DNA of 64,000 bases from Pavona decussata. Lineage: Eukaryota. The notes under the pieces are model-generated. The model was not told where the DNA came from. It saw only the letters and a program-made list of their open reading frames with translations, and ran no database searches. Both the position numbers and the translations under genes were made by a program. Each line of letters starts with the position of its first letter. Within the stretch, counting starts at the first letter, position 1. The stretch is from NCBI GenBank assembly GCA_977016875.1, contig CDRNST010000273.1, forward strand, positions 5,332,001 to 5,396,000. Reading direction: 5' to 3'. This document shows, one piece after another, positions 22,098 to 37,203 of this stretch.

Positions 22098-23524
22098 GAC
22101 ACTGTCTCTAGCATCTTGTTAGAGAACAAAGCTCATGTTGGTTTGAGGGTCCATAAGTTTCACCCATGATTTTAGATCAGGTGAGTAGTCGTTGATTACT
22201 TGTTTGACTGGAAGAGGAGAAGAAGAAGTCTTCATGTCATCTTTCATAATTATAATGTCATGTCCTTCATCAACAGGATTTTCAACTGGACACACTTGGT
22301 CGTTCTTGTCAATTCCATTTGGTTCAGGATCTTTGAAACATGTCCATGATTTTCAATCAGGAGCGTTCTCATTTATGTTATGTTATGTGCATCTGAAGGA
22401 GGTAGTTGATCAGCTGGTAGTTGATGAGGAGGTAGTTGATCATCATATCTTCTTTTCTTTCGTAAAGACAGTAGATTAGCCTCATTGGCCTTGTTCTGTG
22501 AGGCTTGCTTTTTCTGCTAGGTTGTTTTTGGACAATGTGCTGCTTTATTAGTTGTTGATGTTGTTTCTTGCCTGGCACAGACTTCTTTGCCTGTTTTTTT
22601 CTTTTCTCTATGATGATGTTTCCATCTGTTGGTAAATGCATTTCTTTTGCGTCTTTGTGGCAGTGGCAGGTATTCCTTGCTTGGCCTTTCATTGTTGTGT
22701 TTTTCATTGGCATTTTTCTCTGAAACATTTCCCTTCTCATCGGTTGGCTGGAAAGAAGAGAACTTATCCTTAAGAGCTTCTGCCTGTAAGGATCAAGCAA
22801 AGTTGAAAATCGATCCAAAATTCAAAATTCTGAAACTTTGTCAGAATAAAGCCTATTACATGCCTGATTCTTTGGCATAATTTGTTTTCTTCCAAACTCG
22901 ATAATTTAAGTTTGGGACGCGTTTAGTTTAAGGGGGTATTTTTTGCTGTGAAAGCCAAAAAAATGCAGATTTTGGAAAATTGGTAAAAAATTACCAAAAC
23001 CTCCGAAGCCAATGACATTTAATCTAGTTGATAATGGTAATTTGCAGATTTCAAAGATGGCTCCTTTCTGACAATACTCGTACAGTGAGGCACTATGCTT
23101 CATTTCCTGGGATATCTCTTGAGTAGCAGACAGACTTCGTAAAATTTGTTTGTACGATTTGAAAGGATTTATATTAGTGTAGTTTTTGATACAAAAATTT
23201 TAGCGGGTAAACATTATGCATTTGCAGGAGAGCGCCTCAACGCCTCAAATATTCCCTAAATTCGACTTTTCGCAAGACACCTTTTGGGAGACACGGTCTG
23301 TAGGACTGATTACAAGTTACGAAATTTCCAGCTATGGCAATAAAGGTTCTCAAAATTGAAAAATATGTGCGTTGTTTATTATTTTTAGACGCTGTCCCTG
23401 ACTTGTTACAGATATTTTGATCATTTTGACGCAATGAGCCATACAAGTAAATTGTTGTAATACCGGACGATTAATGCACGTCAGTGTTATCTGGAGGTTT
23501 GGGGTATTGTGTACACGTGGCTTG

Positions 23525-25300
23525 GCTGATACGCTCATTAGTCGTTGATTGCGTCTCCTCCTGGGACGAGGAAGGCTAGTACAGAGAACTATTAGGAATA
23601 ATGGCCAACCTCTCGAGGTCCCGTGAAAGCACTTCCATACTCTCTTCTTGATCATCTCCTAGGATGCTGACTTCACTGGCCGCAGAAACGCTCTCAATTA
23701 CCTGTGTTCAAAAAAATGAAAATATAACATAAATTACCACTCAAATGCTTGCAGACCATAGCATAACACCGATTTCTGTGTGTCGTCACGGGAACCATTT
23801 ACACGTTTATATATCCGCACTCCCTTCAGTTAATGAACAAAAGGTTGGGTGCTATTTTGTGGCCCCTTCTCAGGTGCAATTCTATTACCTTTCCTGCCTC
23901 TTTTATTTGAAACACTCTACATGTAAGTGCATTATTTTCCTTCAAATAAATGATTGGCTGACCGCTCGTCCTGTGCAGAAACTGAAACGCACCAGGAGAC
24001 TAGGTTCTAGGGGTTTTGGGTTTTGGGTTTTGCTGACTTTTTATTTTTTTCAGGAGGCGATCTCTTTGAATGCTGGAAACTCCAGGGAAGTGGAAGAAGA
24101 AAACGGAAATTCCAAGGGAGGTGTCTTAGACAGGGTCCGAGCAACTTTTTGTTTCATAGAAATGGCCAAAGCGATAAGCATTTTTCCTTTTCTCTGCTCC
24201 ATAGCACTCCCACTGTACCCCCAGATGAATGTCCAGTCGCTTGGTAGTAGAAAGGAGAGTACAAGAGATTGTGTCGAAAAGAGGACTCCACATAATCCTT
24301 CGCGTGACTCCTCTTCTTGCCTCACATTTCCTTGTATGTTTCCTCTTCCTACTAGCAATGGACTGTTACGGTTGTGCGTCGCCACAGGAAGCCCACAACG
24401 CTCAATTGCAAATCACAAGAAAGGCCTGCGACACAGCCTAGTGTACTAAGCATTCTCTCTTTATACGTACGTGTTATGGATAGTGAATAAAAACTAAAAC
24501 AAGACCCAGTCCTCTACAGGCATGAGGGACTCGCTATAAAATGATTCTGTCCACTATTTTTCCACACCTCTTTTGGCAGCTTTTCATGCGTAGCGATCCA
24601 TGTGTTCAGCTTTTCGCGGCACTGCCGACAGATTGCTGGAAGAATGACAATGCATAAGTAGAGCCTTGTTAGTGGATACGTTAGTTAGTGGGACATTCCA
24701 AACAAATAACGATTATACAGTTGAATACCTGAGCCGATAGGTATTAGTGATGTAGTCCTGTTGAATATTTCCTCCGACTGTTTGTTATTGATATTGCGAT
24801 CACCCGTGTGCTTTTTTGAGCGGTGAGTTGCAACCCCCTCTGGATCCTGGCAAAGTTTTTTCTGCCCTCTCCATTTGATACCAAAGGAATCTCGGTGCTT
24901 TGGACACACGCGAAAGTTCGTGTCAGCACTCCCCTCAAATACTCCTAATATGTGCAAAACAAGGCCGTGAGAAGATAACACCCTACAGGGAAAAAATGCA
25001 GCAGAGAGGGCCACGAAAATATCCTTACCTGCCCTCAGTAGAATTTGCTCTTCCTCAGAGGAAACGCCGTCTCCACGCATTTTCAACAGCCTTAAGTGCC
25101 CTGCTATGTTGCGCTGACAATCACTGAGCGTTTGATATTCAGTGATCACCATGCCTTTCACATTAACTGAACCACAATCCGTCCCGGAAAGCTTTCAAAT
25201 CCCGCATTTATCCATTTTTGGCGCTTTTCATACAAAACTTTTTGCTACTCAATTCACATGCTTAGTGTTCTGGGGCGACTTCGAAATGTTTAGAGGCGCT
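23525..25300 (-). pseudogene. Truncated N-terminal exons of a Sola3-like transposase
   Basis: LSDCQRNIAGHL...EEQILLRAG|...VCPKHRDSFGIKWRG...C..P...H...GDRNI...IPIGSG, paralogous to 59537-62051. Confidence 0.65.
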
Positions 25301-27374
25301 TTAAGCAGATTTGCTTGGGATTGATGGAAGGATCGACGGGCGGTGAATATAATAGTTTTGAGCTATCCTCCAAGAAAACAAAGACTGTGAAAGAACACTA
25401 TATTTTGAAAAAGTCAATTCAGATAACGTATTTTCCGGGGAAGGTTAAGACAAGTATGTTTACGCCTGTAACAAATAAAGCGTGACGAATGCTTTAATTG
25501 AATTACAACATTAAACTTGAGTACTTTCCTACGCATGCAAATTGCAGATAAACAAACTCCTACCGCCCCTATTACTGAGCTTATTTGTTCGAAAGTCCCT
25601 GTTTTTACGCATCGTTAAAAGATTTTCTTCTAGATTAAGATGAGGCAGACATACAAAAGTAAAAATTATGTGTCAAGAGAAGTTTCGTTTTCATCCAAGC
25701 GTGGACACGTGGCAGAAAAACATATTGTAATTAGGAGCAAACATGGCATGTTTTGCCGCCAAAAATCTAAAGTTTGAAGGGCGTTCGTGCACGTTTTGCT
25801 AAAATAACGCTGAGAATGGATATCAGAGACTTTTTTGAGAAAATTGTTTCTACCTGGGTCTTTCAGAACTGTTTCTGTTGATCACCAAAGTGTTTCAGTG
25901 TCAGTAAAATTAGAAATTTGCCGCTAATGTTAAGTCAACATACCGTAATCAAATCAATTAAAGAAGCCAATTTAATTTGGCTATTCCCACGATGAACATT
26001 TCGTGAATTGAATGCAACATACGCTGTAAACCCATGCTTGAATTTGCTACCACACTTTTTAGTCTTCTTCTCTTCTGTATTTTAATATACTGAGGGTGCT
26101 AATCTCAGTTAAAAGTTCCAAAATACTTTCAATCAAAAATACGGGGTGAATGCCATTGCAAATAATCGAATCTTGCACTTTCAAACTCTCAGAGGAACGC
26201 TTGCCTGACAGTTGTAAAAATTCAATTGTTTGGCTTTCAAACATAAAGTGTTGCTCATGTGTTTCACGGCGTGTAGGGTTTCGCTACAGCAGTGTAGGGA
26301 TTAACGGTGCGTGTAATCTATAAGGCTCATCTCATCGCACTAGTAGAACAAAAAAAATTTCGTCAATAAAACATAGTCATACAGACATAGTCATATATGC
26401 ATATAAAAAAAGCAGATTATTTTCATTTTACAATGTCAATATTACAATAACCTGGCCCACCTGGGGGGAAGGAACAAAAATAACTACATTACTTGCAAAA
26501 AAATTCGGACGTTTAATTTTCAGACACTTTTTCCCTCTCGTTTCGGACAATTTTCAAACCAAAAATTTCAGACACTGCGCTGAAACATGCTTAAAGTAAA
26601 TTTACGCCTAAAAAATATGAATTGGACTGAAATAAAATCTGTGAAAATGATAGTTTTACTGTACCTTCAAGGGTTTACAGCCTGCTTATGCCTCAAGCAG
26701 TGTCTCAAATGTTTTCCTTTCCTGAACGACTGAGCAAAGCCGCCTAATCCGAATTCTAGCCATATCATGTATACTGGCTTTGAATATGTGATGCCGTCGC
26801 CAAGAAAGTACAAAGTTTTATACTATACTGTAAGAATTTCCGACGGTTTTATTTTCGGACACTATTTTTGTCCGAAATTAATAATGTTACACACTCGTTG
26901 TTTTAGGTTTTCACAATTTCGATTTTGCTAAGTATTTGTTTGCTTCTGGAATTGATTTTAGTTGCTATGTAGTTGGCAAGGTAACCATTTGGCAATGAGG
27001 GTAGTGAATACGATTGGCTACTAAAGGCTGTATATGTTGTGTGCGCTGGTACCTTATGTATACATGTAGTAGAATAAATAAACAGATATTAACACAGTCA
27101 TACTATTTCCAAGAGTACCCAACACTTTTAATCTACCCTGTTTTAGCACACAAAATGTACGGAGATACAAACTACAACTTGTTAATGTTCCCTTAAAAGG
27201 ACCAAATGATTTGGCCGAGAAATTTTATTTATTATACATTGCAAAGTACAGCTGTATGTGTAGGATATTCACTGAAAGATCAACTAACATATGTTGTGGT
27301 GAACACAGGTTTGTGGGGAAGCAATTTGATATTCGTAACAACATGCTGATGCACAAGCACGCCAATCTACTTTT

Positions 27375-27618
27375 TTCCTTGTTCATCCCTATCTGTGACT
27401 TTCATCACAAGCAGTGTTGGGAACAATAGCTTCGCATAGCAGATAATGGCTTAAATGACAAAAGGGACGAGGTCTTTTTTCTACTTCGCAATGTTGCAAA
27501 GTCCTCTACAGAAGCTGCCTTTGACAACAATCTGAAGTCCTTAAAGCACAGTGATGTGTGGCTCAGTAGTCCTCGCTTGCAGAATTGGTTTGAGAAAACA
27601 TAGCTGGGAGAGGCCAAG
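27375..27618 (+). pseudogene. MULE transposase exon (CDFH motif) in inverted orientation
   Basis: ICDFHHKQCWEQ*...LKHSDVW...LQNWFEKT*LGEAK|gtacag on +, while the neighbouring exons are on -. Confidence 0.7.
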
Positions 27619-29288
27619 GTACAGTGGACCAATTACACCAATATACAAGTAATCTGCAAATAGAGGAAACATGGCGTTTTCCTCTATCCATCCCCCTCCT
27701 TTATTTTCCCTGGTAAGCACCCCTCGCCCCTGGACATGAGTGGGAATATGGTAACTACATTACAGATATTAGGGTTTGCCTTTTGCCAATAATATCTTGT
27801 CTCTGCTGTGGTTCTTGCGTGATTTTATCATTTCTTGTTTCAGTTAGTTATCACTACAAACCTTTAAAAGTGGTCTCTATGGCATCGATTTCTTCGTGGC
27901 AGAAGACTTTCATGAAGAACTGGGGACTCCAGGTGGGGTTCCATGTACGGAAGATGTTGAGTGCTTTCTCTATGGATGCGGTCGTTTCGTTTTGGATGAT
28001 AAAAGAGCCTACCACCACAAAATTGACGTTGGTTTTCACCACAAGAAAGAAAAGTGGAACTTCGTACCGCATTGTTTTGTAGGTAGCATCCAGGAGGGTG
28101 ATTTCGTTACCATAATGGTTCATTAGGCGCCTCTGCCAAGCTGTTTGATGAGCAAGCAACAATTTCTGTCACATCAGCTTCAACATTGCCATCTTTTTCA
28201 GTTTCCTCTCTAGGATTTGCCTCCACATGGGAAAGGGAGCAAGGCCTTAAGAGAAACAAATTCTGTGAATTTTCTGCCATCCAATTCTGGATTTTCTTCT
28301 CGAGATTTTCTTGGTCTATCTTCGATAGCATCTGTTTCACTGTTGCTTTGTAAATGTGGTTTCTTACATCCACGTCTTTGGGATAAACGCACCTGTTGGT
28401 GATAGGGGGAGGCAGTCTGGCCCGCAAAAAGGTCAGTCTTGACAAAGTGTCAGAGGTGTCTTTTCATTTCATCAACCTTTTTCACACCCTCACCAACAAC
28501 CATTTGGATTTTATCGGCTGCCGCATACCACCAACCTAGTGAAAAAGGCAATAATTTTGTGGAATTTTTGTCAGATCTTTTGTGGATGTCTTTTTAAACA
28601 ATCAAATTATATTACAGTACTGCCATAGTTGAAAATGTCACAACGTCTATTTTGAGCAATCCAGAGCTAAATTCTGAAGTATGATATCTTACTTATTTAG
28701 GGGATCCTAAAAGCAATAATGTAGTATAGTGCTGGTACTGTGGTTATGGGTCACTGTGAGAAAGTGCATTGTACTAAATTCACACAAATGCACACACACA
28801 CACACATAAATAAATAAATAAATAAATAAATAAACTACAAATAAAATTAATGACTTTGAAAGATAACAAACCTCTCCAATAACATGCTCCTTATGATCCT
28901 TCTCCTTGGGTAACATGATGTAGATTCTTCGATCACATTATTGCCTCTCTCCATTTTTGATGTCACTCCTAAGTTTGACTGACATGTCTCTCCTGAGCCT
29001 GCGTCGCAGACAGTCTATAATCCCTGATATAGTCTGTCTGCGAAACCGCTCCAAAAAGCTTGTTCTGGTATCCCGCAGTTTTGCAGGGATATCTGTAACC
29101 GTTTCGGATTGGCTTAATTTCTAACGCGCTCTCTGATTGGTCGTTACTTCTTGAGCAATCACGCAATACTCTGCACTCCAGCTGCGATGCTAAAAATATG
29201 ATTTGTACTTGTTGTACTTACCCAGGTTTTCCCTTGGATTGATTGATGGATAGTTTTGATATATTTTAGCGTTGTGAATCAAAAGGAA

Positions 29289-31450
29289 ATGACGGTCATT
29301 TCTGAAGAAAGTTGGGAACAAGCGTTTGGAGCTGTGAAAGAGCAGTTCGAATATCTAATCTTCTGCCGGAGCAAGAAAATGCGCTTCGGGAATTTCTGTT
29401 AGGTAAAAATATTTTTGTGAATTTGACGACTGGCTATGGAATATCTTTAATATTCCAATGTCTTCCAAATGCGGCGGATGCTCTTTTCGAGAGGCCTCGT
29501 GGTTCCAGTGTCATTGTAGTAACATCACCGTTGTGAGCTCTCGTGGAAGACCAGGTTCGTCAACTAAATGATCCTGGAATTCCAGCGATTGCTATCACAG
29601 ACGAAGAGGACGAGGAGTTCATGTAACAGGTCCTGAATCGTCTATGGCTCTCTTTAGCGTTTGCTCTCCACTGAATCTTGGAGAAGCATTTTTGATTGTG
29701 AAAGCTTCAAAAAGATGTTGATTGGAGTCGCTATCGACGAAGCTTACTGTATTACACAATGGTATGTAGCTACATAAATTTGCAACCTGTTGATCAAGCT
29801 GAAATGTCACACTGGCGTTTTACTCATAAAATAAGCTTAAAATATAGTCTGGTTTTAGCGTATTTTTCATGCACAAGCTATTTTTATCTAATCATTTTTT
29901 TAGTGCGATGAATAAACAACTCGTTAATTATAGAACTGGATCAGGAGTTTGCAAAGATTGTTTTTATTAACAGATTGAATTTTCCATACTGCACAGCCCC
30001 GTACATTTATTTTGCATACTTCTCCTGCCCAAGTTAATGTAAGTTAACTTTTATCGAAAAGCTAATGACCCAACCAAAAAAGTCATGTTAAGTTTTTTTT
30101 TTTGCACATATTTCCACTGTACTGTCTTTCTATTTATAGGGGCATGTCTGGGTCCAAAAAGGTACCATTTGGGAAATGGTATGGCTGTCTGGGCGAGCTC
30201 AGATCTCTGATACCTGAAGAGAGCAGGTTGGTACTATTGACAGCTACTGCAACGAAATCTACAAAGGGAGAAATTTTATCCACCCTTCATTTGTCAGAGG
30301 AGGACGTTAAGTTCATTGAACAGAGTCCAGATCGACCAAACATAAAATACTGTCTGCAATATCTGGACAAAAACGAACCTCTGGAGTCTTCCTTTTCTAC
30401 CCTGATCTCAGATATTAAAACAATGGGGCCAGGCATGCCAAGAACTCTGATATATTGTCAGACAAGGAAACAATGTTCTCTTTTGTTTCGGGTGTTAGAT
30501 TTTCCTTGGAGGGAGCATCTTCCATGGAACAAGAAAACTTCAAAATAGAATGGTTGAAATGTACCATGCTGGAACATCATCATGTGTAAAAGAGCACATT
30601 GTGGAAAATATGGCTTGTGACGACGGTCATATTAGAGTACTGATTTCAACAATTGCATTTGGAATGGGTGTGAATTGTAAGAGAGTCAGGAGAGTGATAC
30701 ATTTTGGACCATCCAAATCAGTGGAATCATATGTGCAAGAGTGTGGTCGTGCAGGAAGGGATGGAGAGTTTAGCGCATGTGTGTTATTACACAATGGTCT
30801 GCTTTCTACGTACTGTGAGAAAGACATAAAAAAATACATAAATAGCAGCGGATGTTGCAGAATAGTGCTCATTAGCTACTTTGAAATTCACCATGAAAGT
30901 AACAGTGTGCAGTTCACTGCTGACCAGCAGATGTGTTGTGAAATTTGTGCAGAAATTTGCAAATGTGGGAAGGATACTCGTCCTGATCTTTAGAGCCCTC
31001 AAGGGGACTTTGCGACCGCACAACTAAATCTAGAACAGTCAGATAGCAGTACCAGCAGACGGACACGAGTGGTCCCCAGCTCAGCAAGAAAACTGCTTCA
31101 AAACAGGCTTCTGGATTTTCATAAAGAGTTAGCGAATGAGGTTGCTGTTGATTCAATGGTGACATGCCCTAATATCTTGCTTGAATTTAATTCGTTTCAT
31201 AACAATCAGATTATATGCAATTGCCACTTAATATTCACAGTAAAGGATGTCACTGAAATTGTTGAAATTTGGAGGCACCAGTATGCTGTTGCTATCATTC
31301 AAACAATGAATGACATTTTCAGTGATATTGACACATCTTCATAATGTCAACCAGCTGCCATTAATGAGTCAATGGATGGCGATGATTCCATCCTGTCTGA
31401 ATGGGGACAATTACGTGATGATTCTTCCCTAAACCTATTGCTTGACACAT
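29289..31450 (+). pseudogene. RecQ-like SF2 helicase of AcademH (frameshifts and stops)
   Basis: Walker A decayed to TTGYGIS, SPL, IDEAY, LTATAT, SPDRPNI, STIAFGMGVN, YVQECGRAGRDG, Cys cluster. Intron ~29762-30139. Confidence 0.85.
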
Positions 31451-31864
31451 GATTTAGAGGGCTTTGGTTCACTATGCTCAGAACTGGAAAGCCAAGATCA
31501 TTCTTGTAATTTTGAATCATTTGCTGATAAGTCACTACCCTGATTTGAATTAATAGAGAGGTCAAGTCATTGTCATGTTGTTATTGTAGCAACATCCCCA
31601 GATCTAAAAAAAACTGTGGTCCCTACAAATACGGTAGAAATTGGCATGTTTTTCACTTTCCTGTGTATCGTTGCACTCGGGAACAAAACTGTAGCCCATA
31701 CTTTCTGTCTCTCTCAAGAAAGATTCTAAGATCCCGAAATTTTGCTACCATGGTAAAACAACATACCTCTCGTATGTAATTTTAAATACTAATGATGGAA
31801 TAATTTTTTGAGAAGTGGTAAAATTGTTTTTGGCAGAATTGCACGATGGATAGTGCCCAAAACC

Positions 31865-32692
31865 AGGGGAGTACCCTGGGGTGAAAGTGACTAAGAGCTG
31901 GCAGTACTCTTCCAATATTTAAGTATAGGTGAGGTGAGCCACTGAGGGTTTGAAACCCTAACCCTGATTAGGACATGAAATCCTAAAATACCCACCCTGT
32001 TTAGGACAACAACATCACTTTTATGACACTTTTTAGGACAAAGGACAAAATGTGCGCCGTCTTGTTTGAAGCCATTTATTGCCACTTGAAATAGAGCAAA
32101 CTACTTTTGTTTGCTCGCAGGAACAAAAACAAAAATCAATAATTTAAAATTTAACATTACTATTCATGTCATTCATAAATTGTCTATCTATATAAAAAAA
32201 AAACTGGTGATAATAATTTATCCAAGTTGTGGAATTCCCTGAAGCATGATGTACGTAAACTTAGGAAAAAACCTTTCAAAAATAAAATTCACCAATTTTT
32301 ACTTGCTGTATTTGATAATGAGGATGATTATGTTGATGTCTCTCCGTTAAAGTTAAAAATTACTAATTATTATTAACCAAACTCTAGTTATTATTGCTAT
32401 TACGTCCTTATCATGTAAATACTAACTATCTGTGAACGCATGTGTATACCTATTTATTCTATTTATTTACTTGGTTTTACTAATTCTGTATATACGATCT
32501 TAAAATTCATCTATTTACAAACAGGATTAAATTAAAAGCCAGTTTTAAAAAGAATTTACAAGTAAAAATATCCTGGGCACTTCTGACATATGTAGGAAGA
32601 CTATTGCCTGTTTAGGACAGAAAGGACTAAAACTAGAACCTGTTCAGCAGCACATCCGCATATAAGCCATTTAAGGGGGGTCCCCTCCCCTG
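31865..32692. mobile_element. MITE-like repeat with TTTAGGAC/CCCTG motifs and G/C-run ends, between the AcademH genes
   Basis: Repeated CTGTTTAGGACA, with GGGGAGTACCC...GGGGGTCCCCTCCCC ends. Confidence 0.5.
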
Positions 32693-33084
32693 GACTAAGA
32701 TGATAGGAGTATTTTTCTTTTTTTTTTTTTTACACTAGGTCAGCTACTACTGTCAAATAGAGAGCAATAATATTATTGTCCAACTGTAAGTTGAAAGGGC
32801 CAGTTTTGTTTAATTCAAGACTATATGGCACTGTTTCCTGTCATCTGTTGTAAAGGATGGCAATGAAGGAGTCATGGCTTGAAACTTCAAAAAGTTGATT
32901 AAATGCTTCATCCCCAAATATTTTTATGGTTTAAGTGTTCCCCTTATGAAATTTGTTTGATATCTTATAACTCGACAGGATATGGTTTTTATGTATGGGT
33001 ATTAAGCCACTGAGATTTAATCTTACAACTAAAATCATTATGACATATAGCCCCTTAAATTCTTGAAAGTATAAAACAAAAACT

Positions 33085-36000
33085 CTATCTAGCATGCCGA
33101 TGTAGAATCATGTACTTCTTGTGATCATGTATCCAATGAAACATTTTTTGCCTGTCAAAGCCACATAAAATACTTGGCTTGACTTGTGCATAGTGATGGT
33201 ACTTTCGGCCTGGAGTGTGATGGAATGCTTTATTAGAGATAAGCTCATTCACAATCTTCGCAAGATCACCCTTAACTGATTTCTGGACATGTTTACCTGA
33301 TCTCTTAAAAGCAGACATGGCATGGTCAAAGTCATGCATCAGCTCACTCGTCACATCAACAGAGTGGCAAATTCTATCAAGTGACTTCCGTGTAGCACCT
33401 GGACCAAGCTTCTTTATAACCTCCTTCACAAACTTGTTAAAGAACTCCAGAAGTAGGTCCAGGGAGATATTCCCACCCACTCCAGGCTTGTTTTTGGCAG
33501 TTTTGTTCCCGATGAGGTGGTGAGCTGCTTGTGGGCTCAGAAGGGCATAAATCTGAAACATCAGGTATAAGGCTTCCAGGGCATACTTATTAGAGGACCC
33601 ACCCTGGTGCTTCAGGTACAGTAGGAAAAATTTCCAACAGCGTTTGACATGATCCTCATCACCTTCGAAAATGCCATCCCAAAAGTTCAGGATAAGCATC
33701 CCGTAATCTAGGAGGGCTTTCTGAAAGGACAGCATGTCATCTCTTTTTTCCTCATCAACAGCTGTATCAATGACAAACAAACTTCTTGGAGGAGGGTCAA
33801 TAATAACAGGGGGTCGGTGGCCTGCTTCATGGTCTCGTCTAACCTTACCATCATGTGCAAACGTTCTTGTACAACCGGGAGCCCTGCACCTGAATCTGCC
33901 ATCTGGTGTTAATTCTTGCTGTCTGGCTGTACTTTCATACTGGATGATTCCTGCTGACTGTCGCATCTTCTCATTTCTTGGTTGGTCAATCACATAGTCA
34001 TCAATAACCAGCGTTGCTACTCGTCTTAGGTAGGCATGTTTAGCCTCAGTTGTGGCATTCTTAGGATTTGGGAGCAAGTTCTTGGTTGGCCTGTCTTGGT
34101 CCGAACTTGTAATGCCAAGGACTTCAGCAGCTGCAGCAATTACTCGTGATTCCACTTCTAACTGAAAGAACCTACGACAAGCATTTGCTGCAGATGTGAC
34201 ATCACCTTTGACATTTCTTCGGTTGATAAGGTTTCTGTCACTGTAGAGGGTACGCTTGTCAGCTGCAGAGGCACCACTGTACAGGTTGGAGAAGGCAACC
34301 TACATATAAATTTCATATCAAATACAAAGCTGATCAGTGAAGTAAAATAAAAAAATTAAAGAATAAACACTGTGTTGACTAAAATATAATGATAAAATAT
34401 TTGAAATTAATCAAGCTATAAAAAAAAAATGTTTAGTAAACCACATATTGAAAATTGAAAAAAATGACAATGGAATAAAATGCTGTTTAAATTTCCTTCT
34501 AAAGGAAATATAGATACAAATTGTTATTAAATCTAAGAATTTAAAAGTGACAATTCTGACGTATTGATTAGCTTTTAACATATTAAGGATTGATGGAATT
34601 GTTCTCATGGAGTTGTTAGTTTACCTCTAAGAACTTGTTGCCTGCATGTCAGTCTGCAATTTCAAAATGTAGTCCCTCCAGTCTTTCTTTGGGTGTGAAG
34701 CCATTGGACAACGAGCAGTGGCCATTTGCTGCTCTTTCTACACTTAGCTGGTCACCAACCACGCCTTGCTCTCCATACACCTGATCTTCATCATCACCAT
34801 GGTGTGGAACATACTTGTGTAGCTGCTCCAATACTCTTAAAATGCCATCAGCATCATTCTCGTTTTCATAAATCATCCCAAGAAATGTCTGAAAAAAAAA
34901 ATGAAAAATTATAATTCAGTTACTCTTTTCAACAGTAAAATGTCCCTATTCTACATGCCAACAGTACAAAATAGTGATGATATGGTTGCTAAACAACCAG
35001 GATTGAACAGTAACTTAGGGACTATAGTAATGACTGGTAATCTACTTTATTTTATATTAATACCGTAGATCTACCCAAAAACCCATGCATTAAAAAAATG
35101 AAATCACATTCATAATAACCCTAACTTCCAATGTTTTTTTTTTTTCAAAATCATAGGGGAGAAGTTAGGCTGGGAGTTGAATACTTGTAGACAGCATCGC
35201 AATTCTGTCTTGAGAAAAAATAGATAGAAACAAACCATTGTTATTTTGTACCTATAGTCAATTTTCTCTGTTTAGCACCAAAGTTTCTCCCTGTTAATAT
35301 TTGATATAAAAACTTAAATCAATAACACAAAATCAGTTAACTTACTGTGTTTGTTTTGTCAACCATTTCATGGCTATAGTTGTGTTTTATGTGTCCGGTA
35401 CACACATCAGACAGAAATGCGAGGCATGGTATATTGTTCACCAGAATCCTCTCTACCACCTTAAGGTAGTTGTCACGCTGTCTGGCATTGTCGATGTTGG
35501 AAGGCAAACACTTTCCATTCTCCATGCCAAGGACACCTACAGTTGGTGGGTCATCACTCAGCTCGTTTCCAGACACCCTGTTCTCTGTCCTCATTGCTGT
35601 GACATAATGACAGTCCACATTTTGATGCTCCTCTGTCATCCAGTGCACTTCCTGGGTATAGTCCAGGTTGTCAAAAACGAGCTTCCATCCAGTATCGGCT
35701 TGAACAGCTTGGGGGTGTTGCGGCTCTACATGTTGACATCCATTTTGGCACCTAGTAGCCATGAACTGCCCTTGATGGATGATGGCATCACAAATGGTTT
35801 TGTCATGATCCTTGCCAAACTCATCAAGTTTCTTGTACAGGTAGGTGTGACTAGTGGCCAGACGTAAGGTCTTAAAACGTGCAAGTGTGGCCTTAAAAAT
35901 AACAAAACAAATAAATATCAGTCACTTATAAAATAATTGACTAATTAAACCTCCAAGTGGATAGGGCCTTCCTTATTGGGACAGTTACAAAAAAGGGAAT

Positions 36001-37203
36001 TGACTCAATAATTAAATCTGTACATTCAAGGCTATTAAACCTAGCACATCAGAGTGTTGTTTACTATCATTGTTTGTTTAATCATGAGTTAAATATAATC
36101 GAGGCAATGGAAAACAAGGTCAATTTTTTTTTGAAAATTTACAAACAATCTGAATATAATTATAAGCATATTACTATACACATGATGCAGTATAATTTGA
36201 TTTGTCCGTGAAGCATGTAAGATCACAAATCTTAACAAGATACTACGCTAGTTTACTTACCACCCAATTCGAATGATACGAAAAGTCAGTTATTAAGAGC
36301 TGGACTGCAATCATGTACTGGGACCTATTTTGCAAGCATACCGCAGCTGCCATTCCAATAGCACCAAAGTCAGCTTGGGGAGAAGGATTTTTCGCCTTAC
36401 TTCTTTGGTTTACTGCGGCTGCTGGGAGGATGGAATAAAACAAGGGGGCCCTGTCCTGAATCTCAGTTGACAGTTTTTCCTTGCTGAATGACAACATGTC
36501 TTCCCTGCCCGTTTTTCTTAAGCAACTAGGATCTTTCTTCAAGCACATTTGGGAACATTCCTTCTCGAGATCCTTCAGGAGAAACTGTGCAATTTGCTTG
36601 TAGGTTCCACAAACCAACGTTTTCCCCAATGATTCCAGATCTTCGGGAAGTTTTCTCTTAGCACTAGGTTTGGATGGCCAATTTACCTTTACCGAAACAT
36701 CAACAGTGGATTTGTTCTTTGGCTGGGGCGATTTATTTCCACCTCTTCCATCATTTTCCCTGGCTGATAGTACACTCTGGCTGTTTAGGACCGGTGAAAC
36801 TGGCGACAGGCACGTTCTTCGCTCGTTACGAACAGGCGAGGAAGGCACAAGGGAAAACCCCTCATCAGATCCCTTGCAGACTTTCTTGGAGGTCGGGCCA
36901 TCCTGATCACCGATATGTATTTCCTCTGATCATTTCAATGCCAATGAAATTTCGCTTTGATTCAGGCTTCTGAGTTCTTGTTCTAATTTTTCTACTTGCT
37001 CGAGAAGTCCTCGTCATTTCTTCAATTTTGCAACACAGTTTCTACAGATGTATTTGTTCTCGATCGATCTCAAAGATAAATCGAGACTTGGCGATTTCGG
37101 CGATAACGTCAAATTGTTTCCATCCCTTAACGAGCAAAACTCTTTCGTTACTCTTTGCTGTATCATGACAGCATAAATTACAAAAAACCGACGAATCAGG
37201 CAT
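33085..37203 (-). pseudogene. AcademH transposase (DUF6589-like) with internal C2H2 finger, multi-exon
   Basis: LVFDNLD, GDQLSVER, LEGLHFEIAD*H (W changed to stop), DRNLINRRNV, CRAPGC...H...H, KYALEAL, NISLDLLLEFFNK. GT-AG introns. Confidence 0.85.

Noticed and set aside
22860-26310. TIR pair for the Sola3-like remnant (TTAAGGGGG at ~22928; GGGATTAA at ~26300)
   Set aside because: I could not find a convincing inverted match by eye, so the boundaries are left undefined.
29289-31450. Host RecQ/WRN/BLM gene
   Set aside because: Lies inside TIRs opposite a DUF6589-like transposase and has mutated Walker motifs: a transposon helicase.
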